Of a DNA stretch of 64,000 nucleotides, positions 14,766 through 27,351 are shown piece by piece (position 1 is the stretch's first letter; each line of letters begins with the position of its first letter). The notes beneath the pieces were generated by a model. The model saw nothing but the letters and a program-made list of their open reading frames with translations, searched no databases and was not told the origin of the DNA. The DNA is from Glaucostegus cemiculus (lineage: Eukaryota), in NCBI GenBank assembly GCA_976551045.1, contig CDPCPM010000197.1, forward strand, positions 496,001 through 560,000. The letters run 5' to 3'. The translations under genes and the position numbers were made by a program.

Positions 14766-15864
14766 AGGAGCTTAAGTTCCAAATACTTTTTTCCATTGGC
14801 TTTCCTTCAAGTGAAATTCTTTCTTTTTCACATTGTCGGGAATTATTTATTTTTTTTGTTTTTCAAAACATCACTTTAAATGACCAAGCAAGTGCAACAC
14901 AAAGCCCACATTAAAAGTTTAGAGAGAGGCTGTTGCATCTAATGTGTTGTTACATGTTAAATAGAACAGAATTGCCCCCTCCTCCTTCCCCCTTTACGCT
15001 GCGACCATTTTCTTTTCTTTCCACCGCACCCAGAGCCTCCAAAGTTTTTTTTTGCCATGAATAAATTATTAATTAATGATTCAGTCCGCGAGTTAAAGTA
15101 AACAATGTTATAGATGAAAATATATTCCTTTGCCAAGTTGGGCTTTTAGTTATTCTGTTTTTATTGTAATATCTTGTATTAATAATATTTTAGATGGCGA
15201 AATGTTTCTCTTTGCCTGAAAATATATTAGCATAAACTGACACATAATTGCCAAACACGTGAAGCAAATAGCGAGCTTGCCACCCGAGTCTAGGCCTTGT
15301 CCTCCACGTCGCTAATTAGCATAATTTTTCACTTGTGACGCTGTGTTTCGAGGGGATTAACACTCGTTGCCTGCCCTGCACAAGAAAGAAATCGTTTTTC
15401 CCCTTAAAAACGTGCTTTTAATATATATATATATATATTATATCCATAACAAACATACCGAATATATGGGTTTTCTTTCTAGTTCACTCTGCCCTGTAGA
15501 GCTGAGAAACCATTGTTATCTGTGAGCAGGGCGTACCAGTCTAGGGCTCAATAATATCAGGGCTGTCCATTCAAGCCTTGAGCTTTCTACAGTTCTTTGA
15601 AGCTGTACCATCTCGCCTTTCTTTGCCGTAGCCTTCAACGAGTGAATTTCAGCGCCATAACCAGCTGTTTTATCTTTCTTTTTTTTATATGTATAAAAAA
15701 GAATCTGGGAACTCCTGCTTATCGATTGCGTGGTGAATCTGAAATATTATGTCTTGCTCTGCTTCTATCGTCAGCGGCTAAGGTAAGCTGGACTCAAATA
15801 GGCTATCACTCGTGAATGGCGGAGTATATGTCCCAGTGATTTATGACCATATGACTTCAATCTC

Positions 15865-15881
15865 GGTTCAAGAAGAGTTCA
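15865..15881 (+). promoter_or_regulatory. DR5 RARE upstream of the hoxb3 coding exons
   Basis: Perfect GGTTCA agaag AGTTCA, the form I recall from Hox3 paralogues, with TGATTTATGACC at 15837-15848. Confidence 0.85.
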
Positions 15882-16437
15882 CAAGCTATAGCTTCCTTTC
15901 ACGCAGCGACTGTTTCACATTGCATCTGAATTCAACACGGAACCCGTTCCATGTGCCTGTTTTATGGGGGCTAATTTGGAGTATTTTTCAAAATCAAGCT
16001 CTCACTTGAGATGTGAGACTTATTTACATCGGCGTTTTACGGAGCTCTATAATTTAAGGTGTCTGACGACTTCCCCCATTGTTGCCCCATTAACAAGGGT
16101 GGCTGTTTTCCGTATATTTTGAACATATTGGTCATTTGAATGGCCCATTGATGTAAGGATTAAGAACTGCAGGTACTGCATGTCGGGATCATGGAGAGTG
16201 AAATCTTAGACATTACACTCCAAGCACCGAAACATGGTGGTAACCGGCGACTGGAACGCGCTTGACTTTCCCGGCTTTGTTCAATTTTCTCAAAGCACTA
16301 TTTGAAACAGAAACGTCCCTGTATCTTGTGAAATTGTAGTTTCAGTAGTGCACTTAAACTCCGCCACATTCCAGGTCTTCCCTAAGTGCAGCTGCAGTAC
16401 CCTGCTGAAGGCGGGTCGTTTTATTAGAATTTATTAT

Positions 16438-16489
16438 TGTGTGTGTGTGCGTGTGTGTGTGTGTTTATGTGTGTGTGCGTGTGTGGGTG

Positions 16490-16524
<35 letters not shown>
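16438..16524. repeat. (GT)n microsatellite, imperfect
   Basis: Visible tandem GT/GC. Confidence 0.95.
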
Positions 16525-16526
<2 letters not shown>

Positions 16527-18767
16527 TGATAAATAAAACTTTCCAACATTTTCGCTCTGTACCAAAGGGAGGAAAAGATGTTGGTGTTCCAGTAGTTGGA
16601 TGAAAGGCCCAATTTCAGTCTGAATTTTATATTCTGGTTCTAAGTAACCAGAAACCCCGAGACTGTCTCACAGAACAAAGATAATGTCCGATCCCATGTA
16701 GTAAAAATAAACAGAGATATACAGCATCGTTTTATATGGTTTCCAAAGTGCATATTTCGAAGCAGGTAGTCCGTAAACAGCGGCGTTTTGGTTATATTTT
16801 ATTAAACTCATTCCGTTTACATTGCCCAGAAATGTCCATTGATTTGAATATTTTGATTTTGTTTTGCTAATACAATTCCCAGGCTCTTTCTGGGGTAGTT
16901 TCTAGTAAAGTCATCTGATTTAATTTTAGTACCAACTGAGGGTGGCTTCTACACAAAAAAAGAAAAGATCTTGCCGACATATTTTAACTCTTTTTTCACA
17001 AAGACAGGTCTTCAATGTATTTTCAACGCCGTCTTGTCTGACAGCGAATCCTTCACAAACTAAAACTATAAAGAAAATCTTTTTCTTTATAAATGTTAAG
17101 TCCTATATAACACTGGAGCAAACTATTACCTGCGATCTGGACAAACAAGGTTTATTTTTCAATCTAAAAAAAATTTGCAATATTTTAATCAATATCAGAC
17201 ACCGAAATTGATATTTCAGTATGACGCGTTTTCTTTCAAAATGGGATAGTTCTCGAGCACTTATCGCCAGAACTCCACAGTGTAATTAATAATTCTGGCA
17301 ATTGCTTCGGATTTTTTTTATTGAAGTGTCAAACAGAAACCAAGTAATGCACAAATTGGAAAACGCTGTGTGAATCTGGAACAGTAATAAAAACGCTCCA
17401 CATCTTAGGAGCGTCGGGATTGTAGCGGGGATGTCTCGCCGTTGACTCTTTGCCTTTGAGCCGCTCCGGGAACCCACGGTCTCCTTTACACACAAAAAAA
17501 TTCTTTATTGGTCGGCTGACCTCTCATACATCAAATTATAGAGCACCTTCCAAGACAGTAGCTATTATCCCTTTTTTTTCTTAGTTAAGAGAAAGGTTCA
17601 AATACTGGTCAGAGAGAACAGAACCCCCTGTTTTTTTAGATTTGAAATAACTTGTCGATCCATCATGGATAGTTGAAGCTGTGGCGGGGAAGAGGAAAAG
17701 GCTTCTAAAAAATCGCCGCAAGGCCAGGCATGATCCGTCCAAAAACAGTATCCAGTTTACACAGGGACAGAGAAAGATAGAAACAAAAGCGTTCGCTTCC
17801 TCACCTTCGCCTTGCAAATTAAAACAGTTTCAAAAGGCCACGTTAAAGCTATTGCAAGTGCATTTTCAGAAAACAATGAAGCCAAACTTCACTCAAATGG
17901 TTAAGAAAGTCTAATTCCTGTGTGCAATATGTTCGCTTTGATTGTCTCTCGGCTGCACATTATTTATGCGATATTTCTCTGATTTTTCGCTCCTCCACGT
18001 TTTAACTGCTGTGTTTCAGAAGGATTCGGGGGACGCTGGTTTTAGATTGCCGCGTTTACCAAGAAATGATGGTGCCTATAAAAGTGTGTTTCAGATTAAA
18101 GTTTAAATACATAGCTACTGAAACATCCATTAGTTCCCTTCTATTTAAACCAGATGTTTTCAGGGTAAATCTCACCCCGCCATGTTCGCTGTACATTTAA
18201 AGGTTGATACTTTGGCAGCTCCGTTTTATAACAATAATCGTAAACCTAATTTTAGGCGGTAGGTCAGATTTTTAATCTAGATTATTGACAGCACGACACT
18301 TAATCAAGTAAAGTACAATAAAATCAAATGTAACGAATTTTTATGGGCTTATGTTAACTGAGCTGTCTGTGAAAGTTTACGAAGCTAGATGTTGATATCA
18401 AGCCCGAGTTTGTCTGAAGTTTTTTTTATATAAATAATTATCATTTTTGGAACACAGCCTAAACCAAAGAATTTAGCTGTAGGCTAATGTTGAATCTGAA
18501 CGCTATTAAAATAGTTTTGCAGATGGCTATGTGAAATTTGTAGCTTTCGATCAGAGCTCAACGTAAGATTATCCCCCCTCCCTCCCACCGCTCCCCCCCA
18601 CCCCCCTCACGCGCACCTCTTCTATAGTCTGAAAAAGCCGAGAATCAAGATCAGCCATGGCATCTGTTGTGCTTGTTTGGTGAAGGCTATTCATGTCATT
18701 TGCTTTTGAGTGTGTAAGATGGATTCACACCCGTTCCACTATTATTCCGTGGTTCTTCTAACCTTAG

Positions 18768-18883
18768 GTCAACTGCCAGGAGGCTATTGGAAGAAAACGT
18801 CACGTGAATCGGGGTGCCAATGTTATTCGATAAGGGTGTCAGGACCCTGACAGTTTGTGAAATAAATATTGGGAAACTGCGAG
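18768..18883 (+). promoter_or_regulatory. hoxb3 proximal promoter / conserved 5'UTR block
   Basis: Acceptor-like ttag|gt at 18767, ATTGG (18786), GTCACGTGA (18799) and the PG3-type leader GTGAAATAAATATTGGGAAAC. Confidence 0.65.
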
Positions 18884-19298
18884 ATGCAAAAAACGACATT
18901 CTACGACAACTGTACTCTGTTCGGTGGATACACATACCAGGGAGCAAATGGTTTCAGCTATGAAGTGGCGCAGGAACCCTATCCACCATCTTCTCACGTT
19001 GAAAGTGATTACCAGAGGTCGGCCTGTTCCCTGCAGCCAGCTGGCACCAGTGGTCCGCATGCCAAATCTAAAGACATCAATGGGAGCTGCATGCGTTCGA
19101 ACCTCCCTGAACACCGCCAACCTCCACCTGTCTCACCTCCCCAAAACCCCAGCAGCAACTCGACACAGCCAGGCACCAGCAAGACTCTGCCCAAGTCTTC
19201 CCACACCTCCACACCCAGTCTCACCAAGCAGATATTCCCATGGATGAAAGAGACACGGCAAAACTCCAAGCAAAAAAATAACAACAGTCCCAGCACAG
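18884..19298 (+). CDS. hoxb3: Homeobox protein Hox-B3, coding exon 1
   Basis: ATG at 18884 gives MQKTTFYDN...[10 protein letters not shown]...[13 protein letters not shown]...[11 protein letters not shown] (hexapeptide), matching HoxB3 rather than A3/D3. Donor ACAG|gtacac; 415 nt, phase 1. Confidence 0.95.
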
Positions 19299-20107
19299 GT
19301 ACACTAGTTTTCTTTTGCCGTTTTCGTACCCAATGAAATGGCTGCACGGTTATTTAAGTCAAAACATTAAAAACACGATTACCAAACGTATGCAGCACGT
19401 AAAGCTTTCGCTGATACTTTAACACTTTGTTGATATACACTGTTAACACTAAGTCACGGTGCCCTCGTGTTATTCCAGTTTCTCAATTTGTTATTATTTT
19501 GTGTTGAAACTGAAATTGAAACATGTAATTACAACAAATATATACATCATGTCACTGTTTCTAAACAACCCAGTATGCGTAAAGGTCACGTTCTGGTTGA
19601 TTGTGAAACCAGAAAGTTGATATCACATGAAAAAAAAAGTAAACCATTAAAACACCAGAAATTGCTACAAGGCCATAAAATATTCCTAAGTTTGTTCTAC
19701 CGGTATAGTTGGTAATAGAAGTATTAGCATCTCCAGTATAGCATATCTTGATTTTGAACATAATCTTGAATAGGCCAAAATATTTGGTTCTGTTTCAAAA
19801 CACTATTTGCCCTGTCCTCTTTAAGTGCATCACTTCTACTGTGCAATATGTTATTCTAAACATGGTGTCAATATGAGTATGATTTAATTTTCTGAATTTT
19901 GGGGATCCCACGTCATTTTTCTAGTGTTGGGGGGCATAGAACTTTTAATATTGTTTGATGTGTAAATGATGGACCTTGATATGTTGGGGGTTGGGGGGAT
20001 GGGGGCACCTATTTTTCTTTCAAGAGCTATTAAATTTATTTGGAGAATTTTCTTGTTCAGATGGGTGCACTTTAAAGAGGTAATTATCTTTATCTTATTG
20101 CTCACAG

Positions 20108-20877
20108 CTGAAAATGTCAGTGGGGACAAAAGCCCACCGGGATCTGCCTCAAAGAGAGCGCGCACTGCTTATACCAGCGCGCAATTGGTGGAGCTGGAAA
20201 AAGAATTCCATTTTAACCGTTACCTTTGCAGACCTCGCCGAGTGGAGATGGCGAACCTGCTCAACCTCAGTGAACGACAGATCAAGATCTGGTTCCAGAA
20301 TCGCCGGATGAAATACAAAAAGGATCAAAAAACAAAAGGCATGGTGAGTTCTTCTGGAGGACAGTCACCCACAGGAAGCCCCCCGCTTTCTGTCCAAGCC
20401 CCCACTGGGTTTGTAAATGCCATGCATCCACTTGCTAACAATTCTGCCTACGATGACCCTTCACCGCCGCCTTTCAATAAACCTCATCAGAACGCCTATG
20501 CCATGACCACGAGTTACCAAAACCCAATGAAAAGTTGCCCAACTCAGCAACAGAAAAGATATCCTGGAACAGCTCCAGAATATGATCCCCATGCACTACA
20601 GGGGAATGGTAATTATGGGACACCAAACATGCAGAGTAGTCCAGTGTATGTTGGTGGGAACTATGTGGATTCTATGTCCGCTTCAGGGCCTTCTCTCTTC
20701 GGCCTCAATCACCTCTCTCACCCAGCCTCCACAAGCATGGACTACAACGGTTCTGCTCAGATGACTCCCAGTCAGCACCATGGACCTTGTGACTCACATC
20801 CAACCTACACAGACCTTTCATCACATCATCCTTCTCAGGGAAGAATTCAGGAAGTTCCCAAATTGACCCATCTGTAG
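20108..20877 (+). CDS. hoxb3: Homeobox protein Hox-B3, coding exon 2 (homeodomain)
   Basis: Acceptor ctcacag|ct is phase-compatible with exon 1. [70 protein letters not shown]; NLSERQ is B3-type. PG3 C-terminus PKLTHL*. Spliced product 394 aa. Confidence 0.96.
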
Positions 20878-21790
20878 CAGGTGCAAGTGGGGAGCTTGAC
20901 TGAGGAAAAGTAAATAACATTATCCTTTCCTTTTCTTATTATTCCTCTTTGATCCATTCTCCTCTTTGTGTCTTCTTAATTCATGTATGCTGGCTTGTAC
21001 TACTATATGTTGCTTATATTGTCCCCTCACCCAACCTGCCCTCCTATGTAAAGTATGCTTGCTCCATCCCTCCCTATTCCCCACCTCACTATCACCTCCC
21101 TCCCCCCACCAACCATTACAATCTTTAGGGTAAAATAAAACTTGGTAATGCAAAAACCCTAGAGGTTGCACATTTATTTCTTGGACTTAACGTGAAACAG
21201 GGTAAATGAATAAATCTTCTGTCCTTTGAGAAAAGCAAAAGTGAAGACATTTTTGGGTATTTGCTGATGCTTGATTTCCTTTGGACACCTGTATTGCACT
21301 TATCGTTTACATTTCAATGGGTGAAACAGCTCATATGAGGCAAGCAATTCCAACTCAGCCTTGAAGGAATCTTAAAAATGAGTAGCTGGTGCGTCTTTCA
21401 ATATGTGTGTATTCTGGTGAACATTCAGATATATTTATTGATTAATACCAGGAAAATATTTCTTTTTTTGTATTATTTATCCCCAACAATACGTATTTAT
21501 ATAAAAAATAAAAATCTGTACTTTTTAGTAATTACCTGTCAAAGCAGTTGTATTCATGTCTCTGTAAACAAGTTTATTTTAGTTAATGTAAACTAGAACA
21601 AAATTGTAGTTTTCTGTTACCATTGTACCTAAAAATAATGTAATTAGTTATATTATAGGCATGGGAACAGAATTGGACAGTAATTGTAAGTCTTGATTTA
21701 GAAAAATATAGCAAATCCTCCTTTTCTGAGACTCCTTGCCTTCTTTGTAGTTATTTTCCTTGCTAACAGTTGTCTGTCAAACAATTCTGG

Positions 21791-21796
21791 AATAAA
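21791..21796 (+). terminator. Candidate distal hoxb3 polyadenylation signal
   Basis: AATAAA at the end of an AU-rich 3'UTR-like region; earlier AATAAA copies also exist. Confidence 0.35.
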
Positions 21797-21945
21797 TCTC
21801 TTGTTAACATATTTCCTTGTATGGATTATATATTCATGATCATACATTTACGACTACCAAAACCTCACTAATATACATTTTACATTAACGCCCTACTTTT
21901 GAGTGGACAGCTGTAATAGCAAAACTATTCAAATCATGCTTTAAG

Positions 21946-21992
<47 letters not shown>
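21946..21992. repeat. (CT)n microsatellite
   Basis: Visible tandem CT. Confidence 0.95.
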
Positions 21993-24210
21993 AGTCTGTC
22001 TTTCTATTCACAAGTAAATACACATACACACAGCCGTGGCGTTAGAGGCAATGGGCAATGTCTCCTTTATATTTATTGCCTTATTATTTCTCTGCTGCTT
22101 TCCATCTATATTGTTCTAATATCAAGGGCTGTGTATGTGTGTGGGGGGTTGGGGCAGTGGATTTGTGAGTGGAAATAAGTCTTCAATCATTGCTTCTTAC
22201 AAAACTAAAGAATAAAGCACTTCTTCAGCTTGTAAATATCTTTATTACCAAACAAGGTCTAGAGACTTACACAAACATTCGGGAATTAAGGGGTAAAAAG
22301 TTTCCATCCGGTGTAATGAGACACCACGTGGTGTCTGGGCAGAACAGTCATTGGACCTGCAAGAGAAACAAAGACCAAAGCATGAGCTGCCTGCCAAAGT
22401 ACACAGACCTTTCCAGCTCATTCCATTCAAAATGAAAGATATTTTTCTTGGTCCAGCAATCAATTGCTTTTAAAGTGATGTTATCAGACCAAGACATGCA
22501 TGAATTTGTATGAGAAATTATTTTACATTGAAGTTTCTATAAACTCTAAATCATGGGAAATAATTGAGAGAAAGTGTTAACTGCCTTAAAAACAAATTTG
22601 AAACCTGCATTATTCTGTTTCTGAAACGAAAATTCGAATGCAAATGCTTGTAAATGTTTGACAGGTTAACAATTCTAACAAAACTTTTACTGTGTTCTTT
22701 TTAAATTGTTTATTTGATTTTGAGTATAAAAATCTGGTCTTTAATAGTAAGCGCGCCAAGCATTGTAATCAAAATCACACATTGTAACAATAGGTTTCAG
22801 TTAACCTATCAGCGACCTAGGAAAGAAAAGCCCAAAGTAATTCCAGTTATCTAATCGCATAAACCGCGCTTTTATTTCGAATTAATTACATCGTGTTTTT
22901 TTAAAGTTTTCTAAGGACTAATTGTTTAGGAAGAAATAATGATTTTCTATACTGTTCATTTATGGTCCAAGTAACATTCAGTGTTGAATATAACAACAAA
23001 GTATTAAATGATTTCCGAATGCATTTATATCTCAAGGCAAGATTTCATTAATACTTCCATTAAATGTTATGCCAGTAACAAAACAATCAAGTTTATCCTG
23101 GATTCAGATATGAAGGCAACAAGAATTAGAGTGGACATCAGTTATACATTCAGATATCCAATGTAATAGCATTGATAATCCTATTTAATGTTTATTTAAG
23201 TAACGTGAAACACAATGTCGTCAATATGCTCATCATCTGTGATTTCTGCAAAACCTTGTACTTATATAAACTTTTATGCTTGTATGATATCAATATGAAA
23301 GACCAAGCTACTCCAATCATTTCCTAATTATATATACTGCGATGTAGACCATTAAAAAGCCACAAATCTGTGTGAAAGTTTTCCTGGATCGCATAACAAC
23401 TCTCCAGGGTTTCCTAAACACAATTTTGCAGCTGATGTCAACCAGAGCAAAAAAAAGATGCGGCGCCATATTGTTCGATTTTCGGCCCCTCGCCGCCCTG
23501 AAAAAATATCACTCCCGGCAAAAAGAATAACTTAAATTTTGCCTTTGATACCAACTTGGAGAAATGTTTCGATTATCCTGCATTCCTCGGATCTCAAGTG
23601 TAAATTAACCAGTCTCTTAATATCCAGCAAGCATTTTCTTTATTGAGTTGTTGGATGCTGCTTAAATCTGTACATCCTTCTCTATTCAATGCATTATACA
23701 CTTGTCTGCAGTATTATTTCACTCTCTATATCGGATTCAATTAAAAATGTGTATATACCAAAGCCTGGGAAACCAATCTGTGTATAAAACGGTAGCAAAT
23801 AAACGACAGAAAATATTTAACAATTGCTTTTTAACTCGCAGAATCTTTCGGGCAATTTACTGTTATTTATTAAAGTCATTTCAGGACTTGGACCACGCAT
23901 CATTTTAACACGCGCACAATGAAAATAAATCCGCAGCAACCAATTCAAAACAAAACGACACGCCATGATACAGCCTTTTTCTCACGTCATATTTTAACCA
24001 ATTATTCCTCGGTCTATGCGCCCTTAGCAACTCCCACACTCCAGCTATTAGTAGCGCGGCTACAATTGTTGTTAATTTCGGTGGCCAGATTTGGCGCATT
24101 AAAATATCCTATTTTCGAACACTTTCTTACTGAATTAAGAATAGATTTCTTCGCTTCAGAACAGTTTCACTGTTGCAATGTCCTGTGAGGGGCCGCGCTT
24201 AAATACTTGC

Positions 24211-24280
24211 ACCCCCACACACGCTCTGACAAACAAAGCTTTCAAGGCCCCATTTCACGAATTCATTTCACGTCCCACAC
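24211..24280. promoter_or_regulatory. hoxb2 r3/r5 enhancer candidate (two Krox20/Egr2-like sites, BoxA-like motif)
   Basis: ACCCCCACAC (24211) and CGTCCCACAC (24271) flank CTGACAAACAAAG, ~1.4 kb 5' of hoxb2 and next to the r4 element. Confidence 0.6.
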
Positions 24281-24580
24281 AGTGTTCACCAGGAGGTTTT
24301 GGGAACCAACACAAGGAAATGGGATATATTTCATTCCCGCTTTGGAAATACAGATAATGCTCTCATCTATGTTTTAGTTAGTCGTTTCACCCAGTTCTCC
24401 AAAAGTCACCGTTTGGTTATTCATATAGTAAGTGCTGGCGACTTTGAGTTTTAAAATAAATGCTTTTCATCGCCCCTTTTATTTTTTTTTAAAAAAAAGA
24501 TGGTCAGAAAGCAAGGCCAGCTTCACTTCCTGGCATTTGATATGGGAAGGCAAATTCTTCAGTGTGCTCCCGAGCCGAAG

Positions 24581-24613
24581 CTGTCAAGCTGTTCTGTGGG
24601 GAAAGATTGATCG
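24581..24613 (+). promoter_or_regulatory. hoxb2 r4 enhancer: Meis/Prep site plus Pbx-Hoxb1 site
   Basis: CTGTCA (24581) and AGATTGATCG (24604), the motif pair known from the mammalian Hoxb2 r4 element. Confidence 0.8.
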
Positions 24614-25510
24614 TGGCTGTCTTCAGTTCCTCTGGTTTATCTTTTTTTAAAAAAAAGAGTAACTATTGTAACACTAATGCCGGTCACACTGAAAGTTTTT
24701 TTTTAAAAATGCTTCATTTTCACATAAGCATGTGCTCAATAAACCAGAGTAATGAAAATGCATTTTCAATAAACTTTTCTACTTTCAAATTCGTTTTTTT
24801 TTGTTTTTTTAAAAAAAGCATGTCAACACAACCCCCCCCCCCAAAAAAAAAGGGAAATTTGTCCTTAAGGTTTGGGTAGACGGATGAACAGATGAATGGG
24901 AAAATGGATTCATAAATAGAAAGAGAAATGCTGCACAAATTTGGACAAGATGAGAAGATGAAATTGGTTAAAATAGTTACTCAACAGTTTATCGCTATTG
25001 GCATCCTTGTTCAGATTTAAAAGCCGATACTTACCTGGTTTCAGAAACCTCTTCTGTACTTTGATAAACTACCGTATAGCTGTTAAATCCGTCCGACAAT
25101 AGGAAAAGGCACACTTTGTGACTTGTGTCCAATGATACAGATATTTAAAGGGATTGGAATTTTCCTACAGGCCTATATCAACTGCCTGGCTGATCCTGTG
25201 AAAGTTCCATTTTGTCACTGGCCCTGTTGTCAAAACTTTGAAGATTAATGAGGTACCTTGTTAATTACTCAGTCGCCAGATTTTAGGTGCAAATCTTCTT
25301 CACTTGAATTGCAAAATACTGAGATGTAATTGGGAGAGATAACAAAAAAAACCCCTCAACGTCCAATCTCTAAATAAAATGAAAATGCACAATTAAAAGT
25401 GACAGAAGATAATGGTAAATTTAAAATTCTGACATAAAAAAATAAAGTGAGATTTTTTCTTCACTTTTTTGAATCAATTGCAGAGATAATGGTTTCTTTT
25501 CATTAGACAC

Positions 25511-25567
25511 CAAATTGCCATTGGGCAACGCCAATCATGTGACAACGAATTTGGTCCAATTTCAATC
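25511..25567 (+). promoter_or_regulatory. hoxb2 proximal promoter
   Basis: GCCATTGG, CCAATCATGTGAC and GGTCCAATTTCAA: CCAAT boxes and an E-box variant ~150 bp before the ATG. Confidence 0.7.
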
Positions 25568-25697
25568 TAGACCTCAGCTTAATAGAGCCGGTCCCCATAC
25601 GCCTTGTAATATCAGAGATACAGAATTAAAGCCTGAAAATATTATTTTTCCAGACCTATAATATTCATAACTTTCTCCATTCGGCATTAAGAAGGCC

Positions 25698-26061
25698 ATG
25701 AATTTCGAATTGGAGCGAGAGATTGGTTTCATTAACAGCCAGCCTTCGCTCGCCGAATGCCTGACGTCCTATCCTGCTGTCGTTGATACATTTCAAAGTT
25801 CATCAATCAAGAACTCGACGCTTTCACACTCGACACTAATTCCTCCTCCTTTTGAGCAGACCATCCCAAGCCTGAATCCCAGCAGCAACCAGCCGCGGCC
25901 AAGTCGCGAAAAGCGGCCTCCAAATGGCCTTCTCCCATCTGCTGCCGCGGCCGAGTTCCCGTGGATGAAAGAGAAAAAGTCGTCGAGGAAGTACAACGAA
26001 GCGACTCTGTCATTGTCAGCAGCAGTCCCTGGGCCGTCTCCAGCGGCGGAGCCTCCGACAG
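25698..26061 (+). CDS. hoxb2: Homeobox protein Hox-B2, exon 1
   Basis: PG2 N-terminus [24 protein letters not shown] and EFPWMKEKK hexapeptide. Donor ACAG|gtctgc; 364 nt, phase 1. Lies between hoxb3 and hoxb1. Confidence 0.92.
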
Positions 26062-26641
26062 GTCTGCCCACAGCGCACACATTCTCTGCATCATTTAAAT
26101 ACTTACTTCAAATCAACCATTCTGGTTTACAATAGCCATATTTTAGCTTACTGAATTGGAAAGAGTTAGAACGTAGATGAAAACATTCTATAAGGGGTAA
26201 TTGCAATGTTATTGCTCGTTGATTTATAAAATGCAGTTATAATTATCCTGCGCTTCCAAAGTGTAGCCTCCAGATGCTGATTTATTGTAACACTTTATTT
26301 AACGTTGTTTGCTGTGTTATTTATGTTGTGAAAATATACAGCTATGTTTTAAAGGCTGATATTTGCATTCTCGGCGGCCATGTTGATCAAACTCGAACAA
26401 GCTGCGGGAGTAAGGTTATGATTCACTGCATCAGATTGTTAATGTGAGGATATTTATATCAAGGGTAAAGATTCTTATTGTCCGTTTGGAAGAAAGAAAT
26501 CTTTCACAGGCTGATTTCAATGGAGATTTTGAAAGAAAGAAATGCCTAAACGGTGGCGGTCAATTGTTCTCACTGTTAAAGTATTTGTTTCCACTCCTCC
26601 TCACCCTCTCTCTCTCTCTCTCTCTTCCCCTCTCTTGTTAG

Positions 26642-27351
26642 ACGGTCACAGTGAGCAGGATAACAGCAGCAGTGCGCGGAGATTAAGGACAGCCTACACA
26701 AACACGCAGCTGTTAGAGTTGGAGAAGGAGTTTCACTTTAACAAATATCTGTGCAGGCCGCGGAGAGTGGAGATCGCAGCCTTGCTGGACCTGACTGAGA
26801 GACAAGTTAAAGTTTGGTTCCAAAATCGGCGCATGAAGCACAAGAGGCAAGCACAATATAAAGAAAATCAGGACGGCGGAGTAAGTTTTGCCAACAGCTC
26901 GCTGCCAGAAGGCGAAGCCGAGGAGTCATCACCTTATAACCAACCCGTCGAGGCGTCGGGAACTTACTTAGAAAATAAAAACTGCGCCGATCAGGCACGA
27001 AAGCAAAGCCAAAACACGCTTAGCAAAGAACTCCAAAACCTGCAAGATGTGACAGCGTGCGGCAGCGACGGTAAAGCAAGGAGTCCTTTCTACCTAACGG
27101 CAGACAACGGTTTTGCAACAGGCCAGAATTCTGTGGCTGGTCTGGACGCTGTCAGTCCGGAGGCCCTAGAACTGGTCTCCCTCCCAGATTTAAGTATGTT
27201 CTCTTCGGATTCCTATCTGCCATTCTCCGATGGATTATCTCCTAGTTTGCAGGGTTCTATCGACAGTCCTGTGGATATCCCTGAGGACAGTTTTGATTTT
27301 TTCACCAGCGCTCTCTGCACAATAGACTTGCAGCATCTCGGTTATCAATAA
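26642..27351 (+). CDS. hoxb2: Homeobox protein Hox-B2, exon 2 (homeodomain)
   Basis: A (CT)n pyrimidine tract precedes ttag|ac. [58 protein letters not shown]; C-terminus [19 protein letters not shown]. Spliced product 357 aa. Confidence 0.94.

Noticed and set aside
19966-20107. N-terminal parts of ORFs 19966, 26542 and 36490, and read-through tails of the exon-1 ORFs
   Set aside because: These are intronic sequence in frame with real exons; the splice sites explain the gene structure.
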